Notes under the pieces: generated by a model | Databases searched by the model: none | What the model was told of the DNA's origin: nothing | What the model saw: only the letters and a program-made list of their open reading frames with translations | From: Pseudomonadota bacterium | GTDB lineage: Bacteria > Pseudomonadota > Gammaproteobacteria > Burkholderiales > Burkholderiaceae_C | Length of the DNA: 64,000 nucleotides | Direction of reading: 5' to 3' | Assembly (NCBI GenBank): GCA_030538085.1 | Contig: JAUNUR010000003.1 | Span: forward strand, 23,281 to 87,280 | Shown here: in pieces, positions 8,894 through 18,074 of the stretch | Position numbering within the stretch: the first letter of the stretch is position 1 | Layout of the letters: every line of letters begins with the position of its first letter | Made by a program: the position numbers and the translations under genes

Positions 8894-10006
8894 TCAAGCG
8901 CTAGGGCTGCGTGCCTGCAACAGGGCCACGCCGATCGTGCCGCCGGGACTCATGCCCCAACCAAGGTAGCGCGTGCCATCGGCCACCTGGCCTGCCTGGA
9001 TGTCAGCCAGCAGGCGCGCAATGGCGACGGGGCCAGATGCGGCGCAAAGCCAGGCCATGTCCACAAGATCGCGCTCGTGCTCTCTCGTGGACTGCTGCGC
9101 AAGCGGGATTTGCAGGTGGGCCATGCCCAGGCTGGTTTGCAGCGCCTGATCCCAATCAAGCCCCAAGCCTGACGGCAACCAGCCTTGAACGTCGTGGGCT
9201 TGCAAGCCATGTTGGTCCATCAATTCGCACATCAGCATCCGCGCATCAGCCAGCACACGCTGGCGGTCGATGCCGGGCAACGAAGCTTGCGCCGCGCCGG
9301 GCAGGGTGACATAAGGATCGAAACCGCGCACAAGCGTGTCCACGCACGCCAGCGCGGCTTGCCTTGGCGGCTCTTGCAGGCGCTCGATCCACAGCGCGGC
9401 GGCACCATCACCCAGCACGACAGGCCAGCCCAGCACGCGTGGCGTGGGCAGCGGCCACTTCTCGGCACAGATCAGCATCGCGCCGTACTGGCTGGCTGAC
9501 TCGGCACCGTAGGCATCGATGATGTGCATGGCACCGATCCATGACGCACCGTGCCACTGCGCCACCCCGAAGTGCGGCACACGGGACAAGCCCACGCCAC
9601 ACACCACGCGCGACAGGCTGGACTGGAAAAAATTCTCATCCACGCTGCTGGTGGCATAGACAGCCAGGCTGCACTGGGGCTTTTCACCCAGGTGCCGCAT
9701 CAAGCCTTGCACGGCTTGTTCTGCCATGCCGGCCTGGCTGGCCTTGGGCTCCCAGGTGAAACGCGCACCCGCGCGCACATGGGCTTGAACGGCTTCAGGC
9801 GTACACCAGGCGCTGGCATCCTGCCCCACCTCGTCAAACTGCCAGCGCGTGAGCACGCGGTAGGGCATGGCGCTGGTAGATGTTCCGGGTACGTCGGCCT
9901 GCTGTTCGGCAAGTGCCTCTTGCCGCCATTGATCGACCGTCGCGGTCGTTCCGGGCAAGACGGCGCAGGCATGAACAAAGGCCAGCGCGTGATCAGACCG
10001 CGGCAT
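8894..10006 (-). CDS. KAS-III/thiolase-fold protein lacking the catalytic Cys (KAS-4)
   Basis: VVLGDGAAALWI, AVYATSS, GWGMSPGGTIG; Cys position reads QWHG. Confidence 0.65.
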   Translation of the reverse strand: MPRSDHALAFVHACAVLPGTTATVDQWRQEALAEQQADVPGTSTSAMPYRVLTRWQFDEVGQDASAWCTPEAVQAHVRAGARFTWEPKASQAGMAEQAVQGLMRHLGEKPQCSLAVYATSSVDENFFQSSLSRVVCGVGLSRVPHFGVAQWHGASWIGAMHIIDAYGAESASQYGAMLICAEKWPLPTPRVLGWPVVLGDGAAALWIERLQEPPRQAALACVDTLVRGFDPYVTLPGAAQASLPGIDRQRVLADARMLMCELMDQHGLQAHDVQGWLPSGLGLDWDQALQTSLGMAHLQIPLAQQSTREHERDLVDMAWLCAASGPVAIARLLADIQAGQVADGTRYLGWGMSPGGTIGVALLQARSPSA

Positions 10007-10268
10007 CGCACTTGCTTTTGACGAACTCGACCAGATTGCCAAAGCGGTTGAACATCTCGGCCGACAAGTCTTCCACGTCGATGGTGAAGTTGAAGCGGCC
10101 TTCCAGGTCTGTCAGTAACCCGACCACGCTCATGGAGTCGAGGCCGATTTCCAGCAGATTGGTGTCCATGGTGATGGCCTCGCGAGGCATGTCCAGTTGC
10201 AGCAGCTGAAGCACCATGTCGCGCATGGTGTCGGCAATCTCCTGCTCGGTCAGCGTGTTGTTTTGCAT
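9993..10268 (-). CDS. Acyl carrier protein
   Basis: LEIGLDSMSVV phosphopantetheine motif; acidic 91 aa; AAGGA RBS. Confidence 0.93.
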   Translation of the reverse strand: MQNNTLTEQEIADTMRDMVLQLLQLDMPREAITMDTNLLEIGLDSMSVVGLLTDLEGRFNFTIDVEDLSAEMFNRFGNLVEFVKSKCDAAV

Positions 10269-10428
10269 GGTTTGTGTCCTTGATATGAAGGTTGAAAATA
10301 ATTTGGGAAACTGGCGCGATGTTGAGCTTGCCTCGGCGCTCCATACCCCGTGGCCGGGCTGCGCGCTGGCTGGTCGAGCTTGATCGGCGAGCCTTTTTTT
10401 CGAGCCGCAGCGGACGGACTACCCAGCC

Positions 10429-11586
10429 TCATCCGTCCGCGCCTTGAGTCTGGTGTGAGCCAAGAGGCAAGTCCGGATCGGGCAGGTGCGCACTGGCCCA
10501 TCCGTGAGCCATGCGCCGGGCTTGGTGTGAACAGCGAACGCGCAGCGCGGCGGCATGACCGCTTAAGCTGGCCATCCAGATCACCGCGTCAATGGGCTTG
10601 CCTCGCCGGACGGCCAGCCCGACCAGATCGCTCAAGGCGATCAAGGGCGAAGCGCTGGACAGGTGTATGTGATTTGAGCGTCCGTGCTGCGATGGCCAGA
10701 GCAATTCGCCCCCCCAGGCCGAGGTGTCGGCCACTTGCTCCAACAGCGCGGCACTGTAGGCATCGCCCGCCAGCACGGCATGAGCGCGTTGCGAGGGTGG
10801 CAGCGATTGCGCCACATGGGCCACCTGGCTGCTGGCCCATTCAAGCAAGCGCGCATGAAGCTGCCGTGGAGGCTCTTGCCAGGGCTCGGCATCGCATGGC
10901 GCTTCGCTGAGTGCGATCTCTTCGACGGTGGCAATGGCTTGGTCATCGTGTGGATCAGCCCCATCGCCCGCGGTCGCCTCACGCACCAGGCAGGCGGCCG
11001 CGGCATCGCCATAGGTCACCACATCAGGAATGCGGCGATAAAAAGGGGCCATCCATTTGTCCGCCGCGCTGACAAGAATCGGCGCCTGGGCGATGGATGC
11101 ATTCACGGATGTGCGGTGTCCTCCGTCATGCTGGGCGCTGGCCATGGACGCCCACACGCTGGCCAGCCGCAAGGCCGTGGCCAGCCCCGCGGTGCCGTTT
11201 TGGCTGATGGTCTGAGTCAGCCGGCTGCCAGGCGCGTAGGCCTGTTGCAGGCGCAAACAGGTGGAGCCCAGTATTTGCTGATCCAGGGTGCACTGCGTAT
11301 GCAGGATGGCGCGGGTTTGCGCAAGGGGCTGGGCAAGCGCCTGTGCCAGATGTCCCGCCACCTGCGCTGTCTGATCACTGTTGCGCGCCAGGGCAGGCCA
11401 GGTCGGGGCTTGGTAAGCGTCGGCCGGTAGCCGCATGACGCCAGGCTCAACCGTGGCGGGACGGGAAAACTGGCCTGCTTGCTCCAGCAGATGCATATGG
11501 CTTTGCGGCGCCGCCGTGCCCAGCAAGCTGTGTTGCGTTTGGCAGGCTGGCACATCGGTTGTTAGCGCAAGAATGGACAGGCGCAT
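10429..11586 (-). CDS. KAS-III/thiolase-fold protein lacking the catalytic Cys (KAS-3)
   Basis: ILVSAADKW, TYGDAAAACLV; Cys position reads QNGT. Confidence 0.65.
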   Translation of the reverse strand: MRLSILALTTDVPACQTQHSLLGTAAPQSHMHLLEQAGQFSRPATVEPGVMRLPADAYQAPTWPALARNSDQTAQVAGHLAQALAQPLAQTRAILHTQCTLDQQILGSTCLRLQQAYAPGSRLTQTISQNGTAGLATALRLASVWASMASAQHDGGHRTSVNASIAQAPILVSAADKWMAPFYRRIPDVVTYGDAAAACLVREATAGDGADPHDDQAIATVEEIALSEAPCDAEPWQEPPRQLHARLLEWASSQVAHVAQSLPPSQRAHAVLAGDAYSAALLEQVADTSAWGGELLWPSQHGRSNHIHLSSASPLIALSDLVGLAVRRGKPIDAVIWMASLSGHAAALRVRCSHQARRMAHGWASAHLPDPDLPLGSHQTQGADG

Positions 11587-11600
11587 GGATATTCCTGGGG

Positions 11601-12563
11601 TCAAGACGGTGGGCGCCATCCAATGGCGGCATAAGCACCCACGTTGGATTGCGCGCAATACACCACGCGCTGGCCTTCGGACAGGAGCCTGACGCCCTCA
11701 TCGGCCATGTTCACGGCAAAGTCGGCGCAGTAGGCATGTCCGCGCTTGCCAATGTTGTCCAGGAAGAACTGATCCATGCCCAGGCCCAGCGATTTGGCAA
11801 TCAACTTCCAATAAGGGAGGGCCGCATTGATGGTCAGCAAGGTGCCCATCTGGTCAACGGGCAGGCCACAGTCCTGTGCATGCTGCTGAAAGAGCTTTTT
11901 GGTTTGCAGCCAGGTCAGGCGTGCGATGGCGGCTATGTTGGCGGCATCGCTAGGACCTTCAAACAGTTGCGTGTAGTTGAGCACGGTGACGCGATCCAGC
12001 ACGCCGAGCAATGACTCACGCCCGATCAGGATGGCCGATCCACCATCGCTTTGCATGCCCGAGTTTTGATAAATGCGGTACCCGGCCTGTCCAAAAACAC
12101 GGTCCGAGGTGACAACCAGGGCATAGCGCGCCCGCGCATCCTGACGCAACAAATCCGCCGCCCACTGTATGGCGTTGCCCACCGCGGCGCAGGCCAGGTG
12201 CGTGACGGAAAAAGACATGTGCGTGCGCCAGCCGTAGCGCTGGGCCAATTGGCTCAACACCGACACAGGCGCAGCCGGCGCGCTGAAGGCTTGTGTGTGG
12301 GCATGAATCACGTAGGCCACGTCAGCGGGATTGAGTCCGCGCGCCATCAGCTGATCGACAGCGATGCAGATGAGATCAAGGTCAGAGCAATGCGAGCCAT
12401 CGTGGAAATAGCGGCAGCCGTTGCGCAGCAACTGCTCCACCAGTTCGGGAGCAACGTCCTGGTCTTGCACCCAGTCCAGCAGGTCAACGGCGGGGCCTGG
12501 CAAGCTGTAGGCCACATCGACCAGCCCTATTTCGGGCTGTGTGGATTGCGATTGAAATGACAT
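11601..12563 (-). CDS. 3-oxoacyl-ACP synthase III-like protein with catalytic Cys (KAS-2)
   Basis: THLACAAV, SDGGSAILIG, DNIGKRGHAYCAD; start MSFQS just after the GNAT stop. Confidence 0.82.
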   Translation of the reverse strand: MSFQSQSTQPEIGLVDVAYSLPGPAVDLLDWVQDQDVAPELVEQLLRNGCRYFHDGSHCSDLDLICIAVDQLMARGLNPADVAYVIHAHTQAFSAPAAPVSVLSQLAQRYGWRTHMSFSVTHLACAAVGNAIQWAADLLRQDARARYALVVTSDRVFGQAGYRIYQNSGMQSDGGSAILIGRESLLGVLDRVTVLNYTQLFEGPSDAANIAAIARLTWLQTKKLFQQHAQDCGLPVDQMGTLLTINAALPYWKLIAKSLGLGMDQFFLDNIGKRGHAYCADFAVNMADEGVRLLSEGQRVVYCAQSNVGAYAAIGWRPPS

Positions 12564-12568
12564 GGCGA

Positions 12569-13228
12569 TTACTCGGCTTCCGCACGGGGGCAAGCGGCCG
12601 CCGAGTCCACCCAGCCCAAACTGCGGCAGGTCACCCCCGATGCCGCCGGCGCATCGGGAAAGCGTGCAATGAACTCGTGCCGCAGCATATCGAACAATAT
12701 GCGGTCTCTCAGCTCGGCACCCATGCGGTGGCGGCCGCGTTGTCGTCCGGTTTGTGTCATGCCCAGCTTGGCGTGCACACCCACCGATGCAACATTGCCA
12801 TCCACCAGCCATGTGCCAATCGCTTCGCGGCCATGTTCTAAAAAGCCGGTGGCCATGGCGGCCAGCAAGGCCGAAGTGGTTATATTTTTGGGCGCGGGGC
12901 CAAAATGACCACGAACACCCCATATCTCGGCCGAGCCCATGGCGTTGTCGATATCCGTCAAGCACACGATGCCTATGGGTACCGTGCTGTCCGGCGCATA
13001 AAACAGCAAACCGCGGTTGCGCTTGCTGGTCAGCATGGAACCCACGGCAAGCCTGGACAACTGTTGACGGCCGCCGCCAAAATCCAGCCAGCAGTGAACG
13101 CGCTGGTTACTCAGCCATTCATGCACGGTGTCGATGTCTTCATGGCCGACGGTTTTGAGCACAACGCGCGGCAAATCGGTGCCAGGAATGGTCTCACACG
13201 TGGGGCGCTTGGAACGGATGGCTCTCAT
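12569..13228 (-). CDS. GNAT N-acyltransferase, RimJ/RimL type
   Basis: PIGIVCLTDIDNAMGSAEIW, LVDGNVASVGVHAKLGMTQTGRQR; TAATG coupling to KAS-1. Confidence 0.78.
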   Translation of the reverse strand: MRAIRSKRPTCETIPGTDLPRVVLKTVGHEDIDTVHEWLSNQRVHCWLDFGGGRQQLSRLAVGSMLTSKRNRGLLFYAPDSTVPIGIVCLTDIDNAMGSAEIWGVRGHFGPAPKNITTSALLAAMATGFLEHGREAIGTWLVDGNVASVGVHAKLGMTQTGRQRGRHRMGAELRDRILFDMLRHEFIARFPDAPAASGVTCRSLGWVDSAAACPRAEAE

Positions 13229-14178
13229 TATGTCCATGCGCTGGCTTGTGTGCTGAGAATGAAGCCGCCAAAGCAACCACCAATGCCACTGGCAAACACC
13301 AAATGATGTCCAGGCGTTTTCAGTGCCGCGGAGTCTGCCAAATTGACCGCTGCGTCTGAGCCGAAAACATGGCCGATGCGGCTGAAGTTGCGCGTGAACA
13401 AACGCTCTTTCGGCAAACGCAAAGCATCCATGGCCTGATACCAGGCCGGCAAGTTCACATTATGAGGCAGCACGGTGTGCAGATCGGAGGGCGTCAGACC
13501 CGCATCTTTGATAACACGGCGGATCACCGACACCAGGCTCCAGAGATAATTGTTGTTGGATTCGTAACGACCGTCGGGCAAGATGCCATGCACCGCCACG
13601 GGATCGTTGTATGTTTGCAGTCCGAGCAACTGGGTGGGCGCATCGCGGCACACCCACATCACCGATGCGCCATCGCTGTGCATGCCAGCGGTGCCAATGG
13701 CACGCAAATCTTCGCGCAAGATGGTATCCACACAAACGATCAAAGCGTTTTGCCACCCGGTTTGCTTGGCAAACAGGGCACGCAACACGCGCAGCGCGTG
13801 GATGGGCGAGACACACTGCTGCTGGGCAATGGAAAAAGTCAGCGCGCGCGTAAACCCCAGCCGCTGACGCAACTCGCCTGTCAGCGTGTAAGGCATGGGC
13901 AGGGCATTGCAAGGCGAGGTATGACAAACCACCAGCGCATCGACTTCATCAGCGCGCAACCGTGGGCACTCGTGCAGCAGTTTGCGTACGGCCGCAAGAC
14001 CCAGATCGATTTGTTTGGCATCACCCCGAACGCGATAAACGGTATCTACGCCATTGCTGCGCAAGACGGCGGCATCGCCAGACCGATATTGCTCATCGCA
14101 CCACTGTTCCAGCGTCACGCCATGCTGAGGTAACACATAAGCAGCGTGGGCAATGCCCACGGAAGTGGACTTGTTCAT
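13228..14178 (-). CDS. 3-oxoacyl-ACP synthase III-like protein with Cys-His-His residues (KAS-1)
   Basis: QQQCVS, SDGAS, LPHNVN, RIGHVFGSD, SGIGGCFG. Confidence 0.85.
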   Translation of the reverse strand: MNKSTSVGIAHAAYVLPQHGVTLEQWCDEQYRSGDAAVLRSNGVDTVYRVRGDAKQIDLGLAAVRKLLHECPRLRADEVDALVVCHTSPCNALPMPYTLTGELRQRLGFTRALTFSIAQQQCVSPIHALRVLRALFAKQTGWQNALIVCVDTILREDLRAIGTAGMHSDGASVMWVCRDAPTQLLGLQTYNDPVAVHGILPDGRYESNNNYLWSLVSVIRRVIKDAGLTPSDLHTVLPHNVNLPAWYQAMDALRLPKERLFTRNFSRIGHVFGSDAAVNLADSAALKTPGHHLVFASGIGGCFGGFILSTQASAWT

Positions 14179-14402
14179 TTTATGGCGGGGTTAATACCGA
14201 GCGACCACCCACTATCGCAAGCGGATTCACGCGGGCCACCGCATACTGAAAACCCAATCACCTCACCCTCCTCACTGAATATTCCCCAGTGCATATACTT
14301 TTTTAATCTCTTTGGGTCATTTTCACCGCCGCTTGCGGCGGTTCCAGCAACGCCCCCGACAGGGGCAGGAGGCGAAGCGGGCAATATTTCCGTATTTATC
14401 AC
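14175..14402 (-). CDS. 75-aa leader ORF of the operon (hypothetical; possible precursor peptide)
   Basis: Its TGA overlaps the KAS-1 ATG (ATGA); GTG start with a weak RBS. Confidence 0.45.
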   Translation of the reverse strand: MINTEILPASPPAPVGGVAGTAASGGENDPKRLKKYMHWGIFSEEGEVIGFSVCGGPRESACDSGWSLGINPAIK

Positions 14403-14949
14403 GGGGAAGATTATTCCACCGTGGAAAAATTACGCGATTAAAGCCGACCAGCCAAGAGCCAACGATTCCGCCCCGTGATGGAAAATGAACGCCCTACACG
14501 TCAAACTGCAACAACCTTTCCGGCAGAGCCGAGGTCACCCCATATTAATAAATCAACCTCACGGTCACTCACCCGAGTCCCAAACGCAGGACTCAATGTC
14601 GGCAGGATGCATTCCTGAAAAATCCAACAATCCTCGTATTCTGCCATAATTTGCAGGGTCAAAAAATAAAAGTTAGAAAAGTAATCGATCCGCCCGCACC
14701 GAAAATAGCACCCGAGAAACAAGTGGCGTTGGCGCGCGGAATTTTCGCTGCTCAAGCGCGGCATCGACGAAGACCAACATGGCAATAGCGCACATTACCC
14801 GTAGCTTAGCGTGATCGTGTCGCTAGCGGATTACCCTCTTTCGGGGGGCTCAGCGAGGAGGAGCGTCAGTGGCTGCGCCCCGATCACGCGATCTTGCGTA
14901 TCGAGTCAGCGCCCACGGCCCAGCGGCTGGTGCGCTCAAGTGCGCCATG

Positions 14950-15352
14950 TCGATGGCATGCCTTTGATCTTTTGCGTCACTGGAGCCAATCGGCACGATT
15001 CAACCGTATTCGAGCAACTGGTCGATGCCCTGCCAGCCGTTGGCGGCAAGCCAGGCAGACCCAAGCGCAAGCCCGCCAAGCGCATGCGGACAAGGGCTAC
15101 GACTATCCGCGATGCTGGATTCATCTCAAGCGCCGAGGCATCAAAAGCCGCATCGCCCGCAAATGCATCGAGCACAACGACCGGCTGGGGCGTCATCGCT
15201 GGGTGGTCGAACGCACCCATGCGTGGCTGGCTGCCTTTGGCAAGCTGAGAACTCGCTTTGAACGCCGCATCGATATTCACCTGGCGCTGCTCAGTCTGGC
15301 TTGCTGCGTCATCTGCATTCGCAACCTTCCAGCGTTTTGTTGGTCGCTCTAA
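14950..15352 (+). pseudogene. IS5-family transposase 3' remnant with right end
   Basis: GMPLIFCVTGANRHDS, then after a frameshift near 15081 HADKGYD...RWVVERTHAWL...RFER; end TTTTGTTGGTCGCTCTAA. Confidence 0.88.
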
Positions 15353-15589
15353 ACCTAGAAACGGCAGTTGACCGCTCGCCATCCTTGGACAACTGGCATG
15401 AGCACTGACTTTCACAGCTTCGATCACATTCACCTGTTGGGTGAGCGCGCTATGCACCCAATCGCACCGCGCTGGCCGTGCCATGCGGCGTTGCTCGTCC
15501 TCGCAGGCACGAGCCTGCCGCGTCCTCGCGTCTTGCCTGGCACGCCCATCACGGCACGCTCGGGCGCATCCAACTGCCGTTTCTAGGCT
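15352..15589. mobile_element. 238-bp MITE-like element, copy 1
   Basis: Ends AACCTAGAAACGGCAGTTG / CAACTGCCGTTTCTAGGCT; highly similar same-length copy at 44126-44363. Confidence 0.88.
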
Positions 15590-15634
15590 AAATGATCCTG
15601 GAGTGATACGGCTATCAACCGCACAATAGGTGTT

Positions 15635-15871
15635 ATGGAAGAGGTCCCGGCCGACACCTTCAGTGCGTTCAAACGCGCACGCATGGAGCTAAAAAGCGAC
15701 CCCCGAGATGAAGCATTTGCTTCAGTCGGCTGCCACGTTGGAGGGCGTGGACCTGACGGCTTTCGTGCTGTGCGCTGCCGCAGAAAAAGCCCGTCGGGTG
15801 CTGACCGACCATGCCCAGATTGCGTTGTCCCGGTCTTCAGCGGCTATGCTGAACGCGGAAAGCCAGCATGA
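15635..15871 (+). pseudogene. Frameshifted DUF1778/TacA-type antitoxin
   Basis: KRARMELKS in one frame continues from 15708 in another as KHLLQSAATLEGVDLTAFVLCAAAEKARRVLTDHAQIALS. Confidence 0.7.
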
Positions 15872-16966
15872 GTAATATTCATAAAAATGCACATCAGGTG
15901 CAGACCGGGGAGCACTCAGATCCTGGGTCAAAGACGGATCGGCCTCTGGTGCGTTCTTCCGCCGCCGAATATCTGACCTTCATGGCGGCCACTGGCCAAG
16001 CAGGTGTGGAAGCCATCTATGCCGATGAAAGCATCTGGCTGACGCAGAAGATGATGGGGGCGCTGTACGACGTCAACGTGCGTACGATCAATGAGCATCT
16101 CAAAAAAATCTTCGCTGACAACGAGTTGCAAGAAGATTCAGTTATCCGGAAATTCCGGATAACTGCCTCTGACAACAAAACCTATAACACCCTGCACTAC
16201 AAGCTTCCCGCCATCATCGCGGTGGGCTACAAGGTCAACTCCGAACGTGCTGTGCAGTTTCGCAAGTGGGCCACAGGCATCATTGAGCAGTTCACCATCA
16301 AGGCCTATGTGATGGATGACGAGCGCATCAAGGCCGGTGGCTCCATCCTCACCGAGCAGTATTTCGAAGAGCAGCTGCAGCGTGTTCGGGAGATTCGGCT
16401 CTCCGAGCGCAAGTTCTATCAGAAGATCACCGACATCTACGCCACAGCCATAGATTACGACGTCACGGCGCAAGCCACACAGCGGTTCTTTGCCACGGTG
16501 CAGAACAAACTGCACTGGGCCATCCATGGCCAAACAGCAGCAGAGGTCATCTATCAGCGTGCCGACGCAAAAAAAGACCATATGGGCTTGACCATCTGGA
16601 AAGACGCGCCGCAAGGCAAGATCCAGAAGTTCGATGCGGTGGTCGCCAAGAACTACCTGACCGAGCATGAAATGGCACAGCTGTCACGGATGGTCAATGC
16701 CTATCTGGACGTGGCAGAAGACATGGCTCAGCGCAAGATTCCCATGACGATGCAGGATTGGGAAACGCTTGAATCGATTCATCGCAGCCACTGACCGTGA
16801 GGTCTTGCAGGACGCGGGCAAGGTGACTGCCGAAATCGCCAAGGCTCACGCCGAGAGCGAATTCGAGAAATATCGCATCGTGCAGGATCGCTTGTTTGAA
16901 AGTGATTTCGACCGGATGCTCAAGCAGATTGGCTCCGGCAGCTCAGCGCCCAAGGGCGAGGGCTGA
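15868..16966 (+). pseudogene. rhuM: RhuM-family DNA-binding protein, frameshifted at ~16768
   Basis: IWLTQKMMGALYDV, AIIAVGYKVNSERAVQFRKWAT, FFATVQNKLHWAIHG; C-terminus NRFIAATDREVLQDAGKV...ESDFDR lies in the +1 frame. Confidence 0.88.
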
Positions 16967-16971
16967 GACGA

Positions 16972-17529
16972 ATGGCCACAAAGAAAACACCCAAAGCCAA
17001 TCCCAGTTGGAGTGATATCAAAACCAAGCTGGCCGATTTCGACCGTGCTGGGCTGCTGGGGCTGGTGCAAGACCTGTACGCGGCCAGTCAGGACAACAAG
17101 GCTTTTCTGCATGCTCGCTTCGGGCTGGGCGATGACCCGCTGGAGCCCTACAAGGATGTGATCATCCGCTGGATCAATCCGCCGGATTTTCGCAACCCGA
17201 TCTCCGTCAGCAAAGCCAAGAAGGCCATCAGCGATTACAAGAAGGCGGTGGGACTGCCACAGGGTTTGGCCGAACTGACAGTGTTTTACTGCGAAGAGGT
17301 GTTTGCGTTTCTCGCTGGCTGCGGCATGGACGACGAAGGTTTTTACGATGCTCTGGTGAGGATGTTCGCGCAGGCGTTGAAATACGTGTTGGCCTTACCC
17401 AAGGCGCAGCAGGCGGTATTTCTGACCCGACTGGATCGGGTGCGCCTGCTGGGGCAAAACGTCGGCTGGGGTGTGGGAGATGATTTCGACCATTTCTGGT
17501 CGGAAGCTGGTTTGGCGGGTCGGGCATGA
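16972..17529 (+). CDS. Conserved hypothetical protein
   Basis: Coupled ORF with coding-like composition; no motif recognised. Confidence 0.75.
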   Translation: MATKKTPKANPSWSDIKTKLADFDRAGLLGLVQDLYAASQDNKAFLHARFGLGDDPLEPYKDVIIRWINPPDFRNPISVSKAKKAISDYKKAVGLPQGLAELTVFYCEEVFAFLAGCGMDDEGFYDALVRMFAQALKYVLALPKAQQAVFLTRLDRVRLLGQNVGWGVGDDFDHFWSEAGLAGRA

Positions 17530-17861
17530 AGAATGCCAAAAAAACTGTGGCGGGCACTTGGCGCATCGCCAGCATGGAAGTCTGGGACGCCGATTACTTT
17601 GATATGGAAGTGCCAGCGCACATCACGATTCGCAACGATCTGACCGGCGAATTTCAGTTTGGTCTGGTGAAAGGCGATCTGGATGCCCGTGTCAGCATGA
17701 CCGAAGGCGTGGCTCGGCTGGAATTCTCCTGGTCGGGCGCAGATGAGAACGATCCGGCGAGCGGGCGCGGCTGGATGGCGGTGACGGGTGATCAGGCGCG
17801 GGGGCGCATCTTCATCCACCAGGGGGACGACTCGGCTTTCACGGCGGTGCGCGTGGGATGA
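17526..17861 (+). CDS. Hypothetical beta-rich protein (111 aa)
   Basis: ATGA overlaps at both ends. Confidence 0.75.
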   Translation: MKNAKKTVAGTWRIASMEVWDADYFDMEVPAHITIRNDLTGEFQFGLVKGDLDARVSMTEGVARLEFSWSGADENDPASGRGWMAVTGDQARGRIFIHQGDDSAFTAVRVG

Positions 17862-18074
17862 ACGGCTCCGATGTTGATCGGGTCTTGGAACTGGAAGGCC
17901 TGCGAGCCGAAAACGCCCGCCTGATCGCGCTGCTTGAATCCCACGGCATCTCGTGGCGCTTGCCCTTGCCACAGCCGGTTATCGCTGTAAACCCAAAGCC
18001 GGAGCTGTCCCGGCTGTCCACTGCAGAGAAGGCGGCTCTGTTCCGGCGGTTGTTTCGTGGACGAACGGATGTCC
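17858..18074 (+). pseudogene. N-terminal remnant of a primase-domain/DEAD helicase protein (TOTE-conflict-system-like)
   Basis: LRAENARLIALLE coiled coil then EKAALFRRLFRGRTDV; breaks off into SecA sequence. Confidence 0.65.

Noticed and set aside
14501-14785. 94-aa minus-strand ORF upstream of the BGC
   Set aside because: AT-rich, no motif, no clear RBS; more likely promoter or intergenic DNA
14936-15586. ORFs spanning the IS5 remnant and MITE (and 44082-44798 over MITE copy 2)
   Set aside because: Read-through of non-coding repeat sequence or antisense to the transposase
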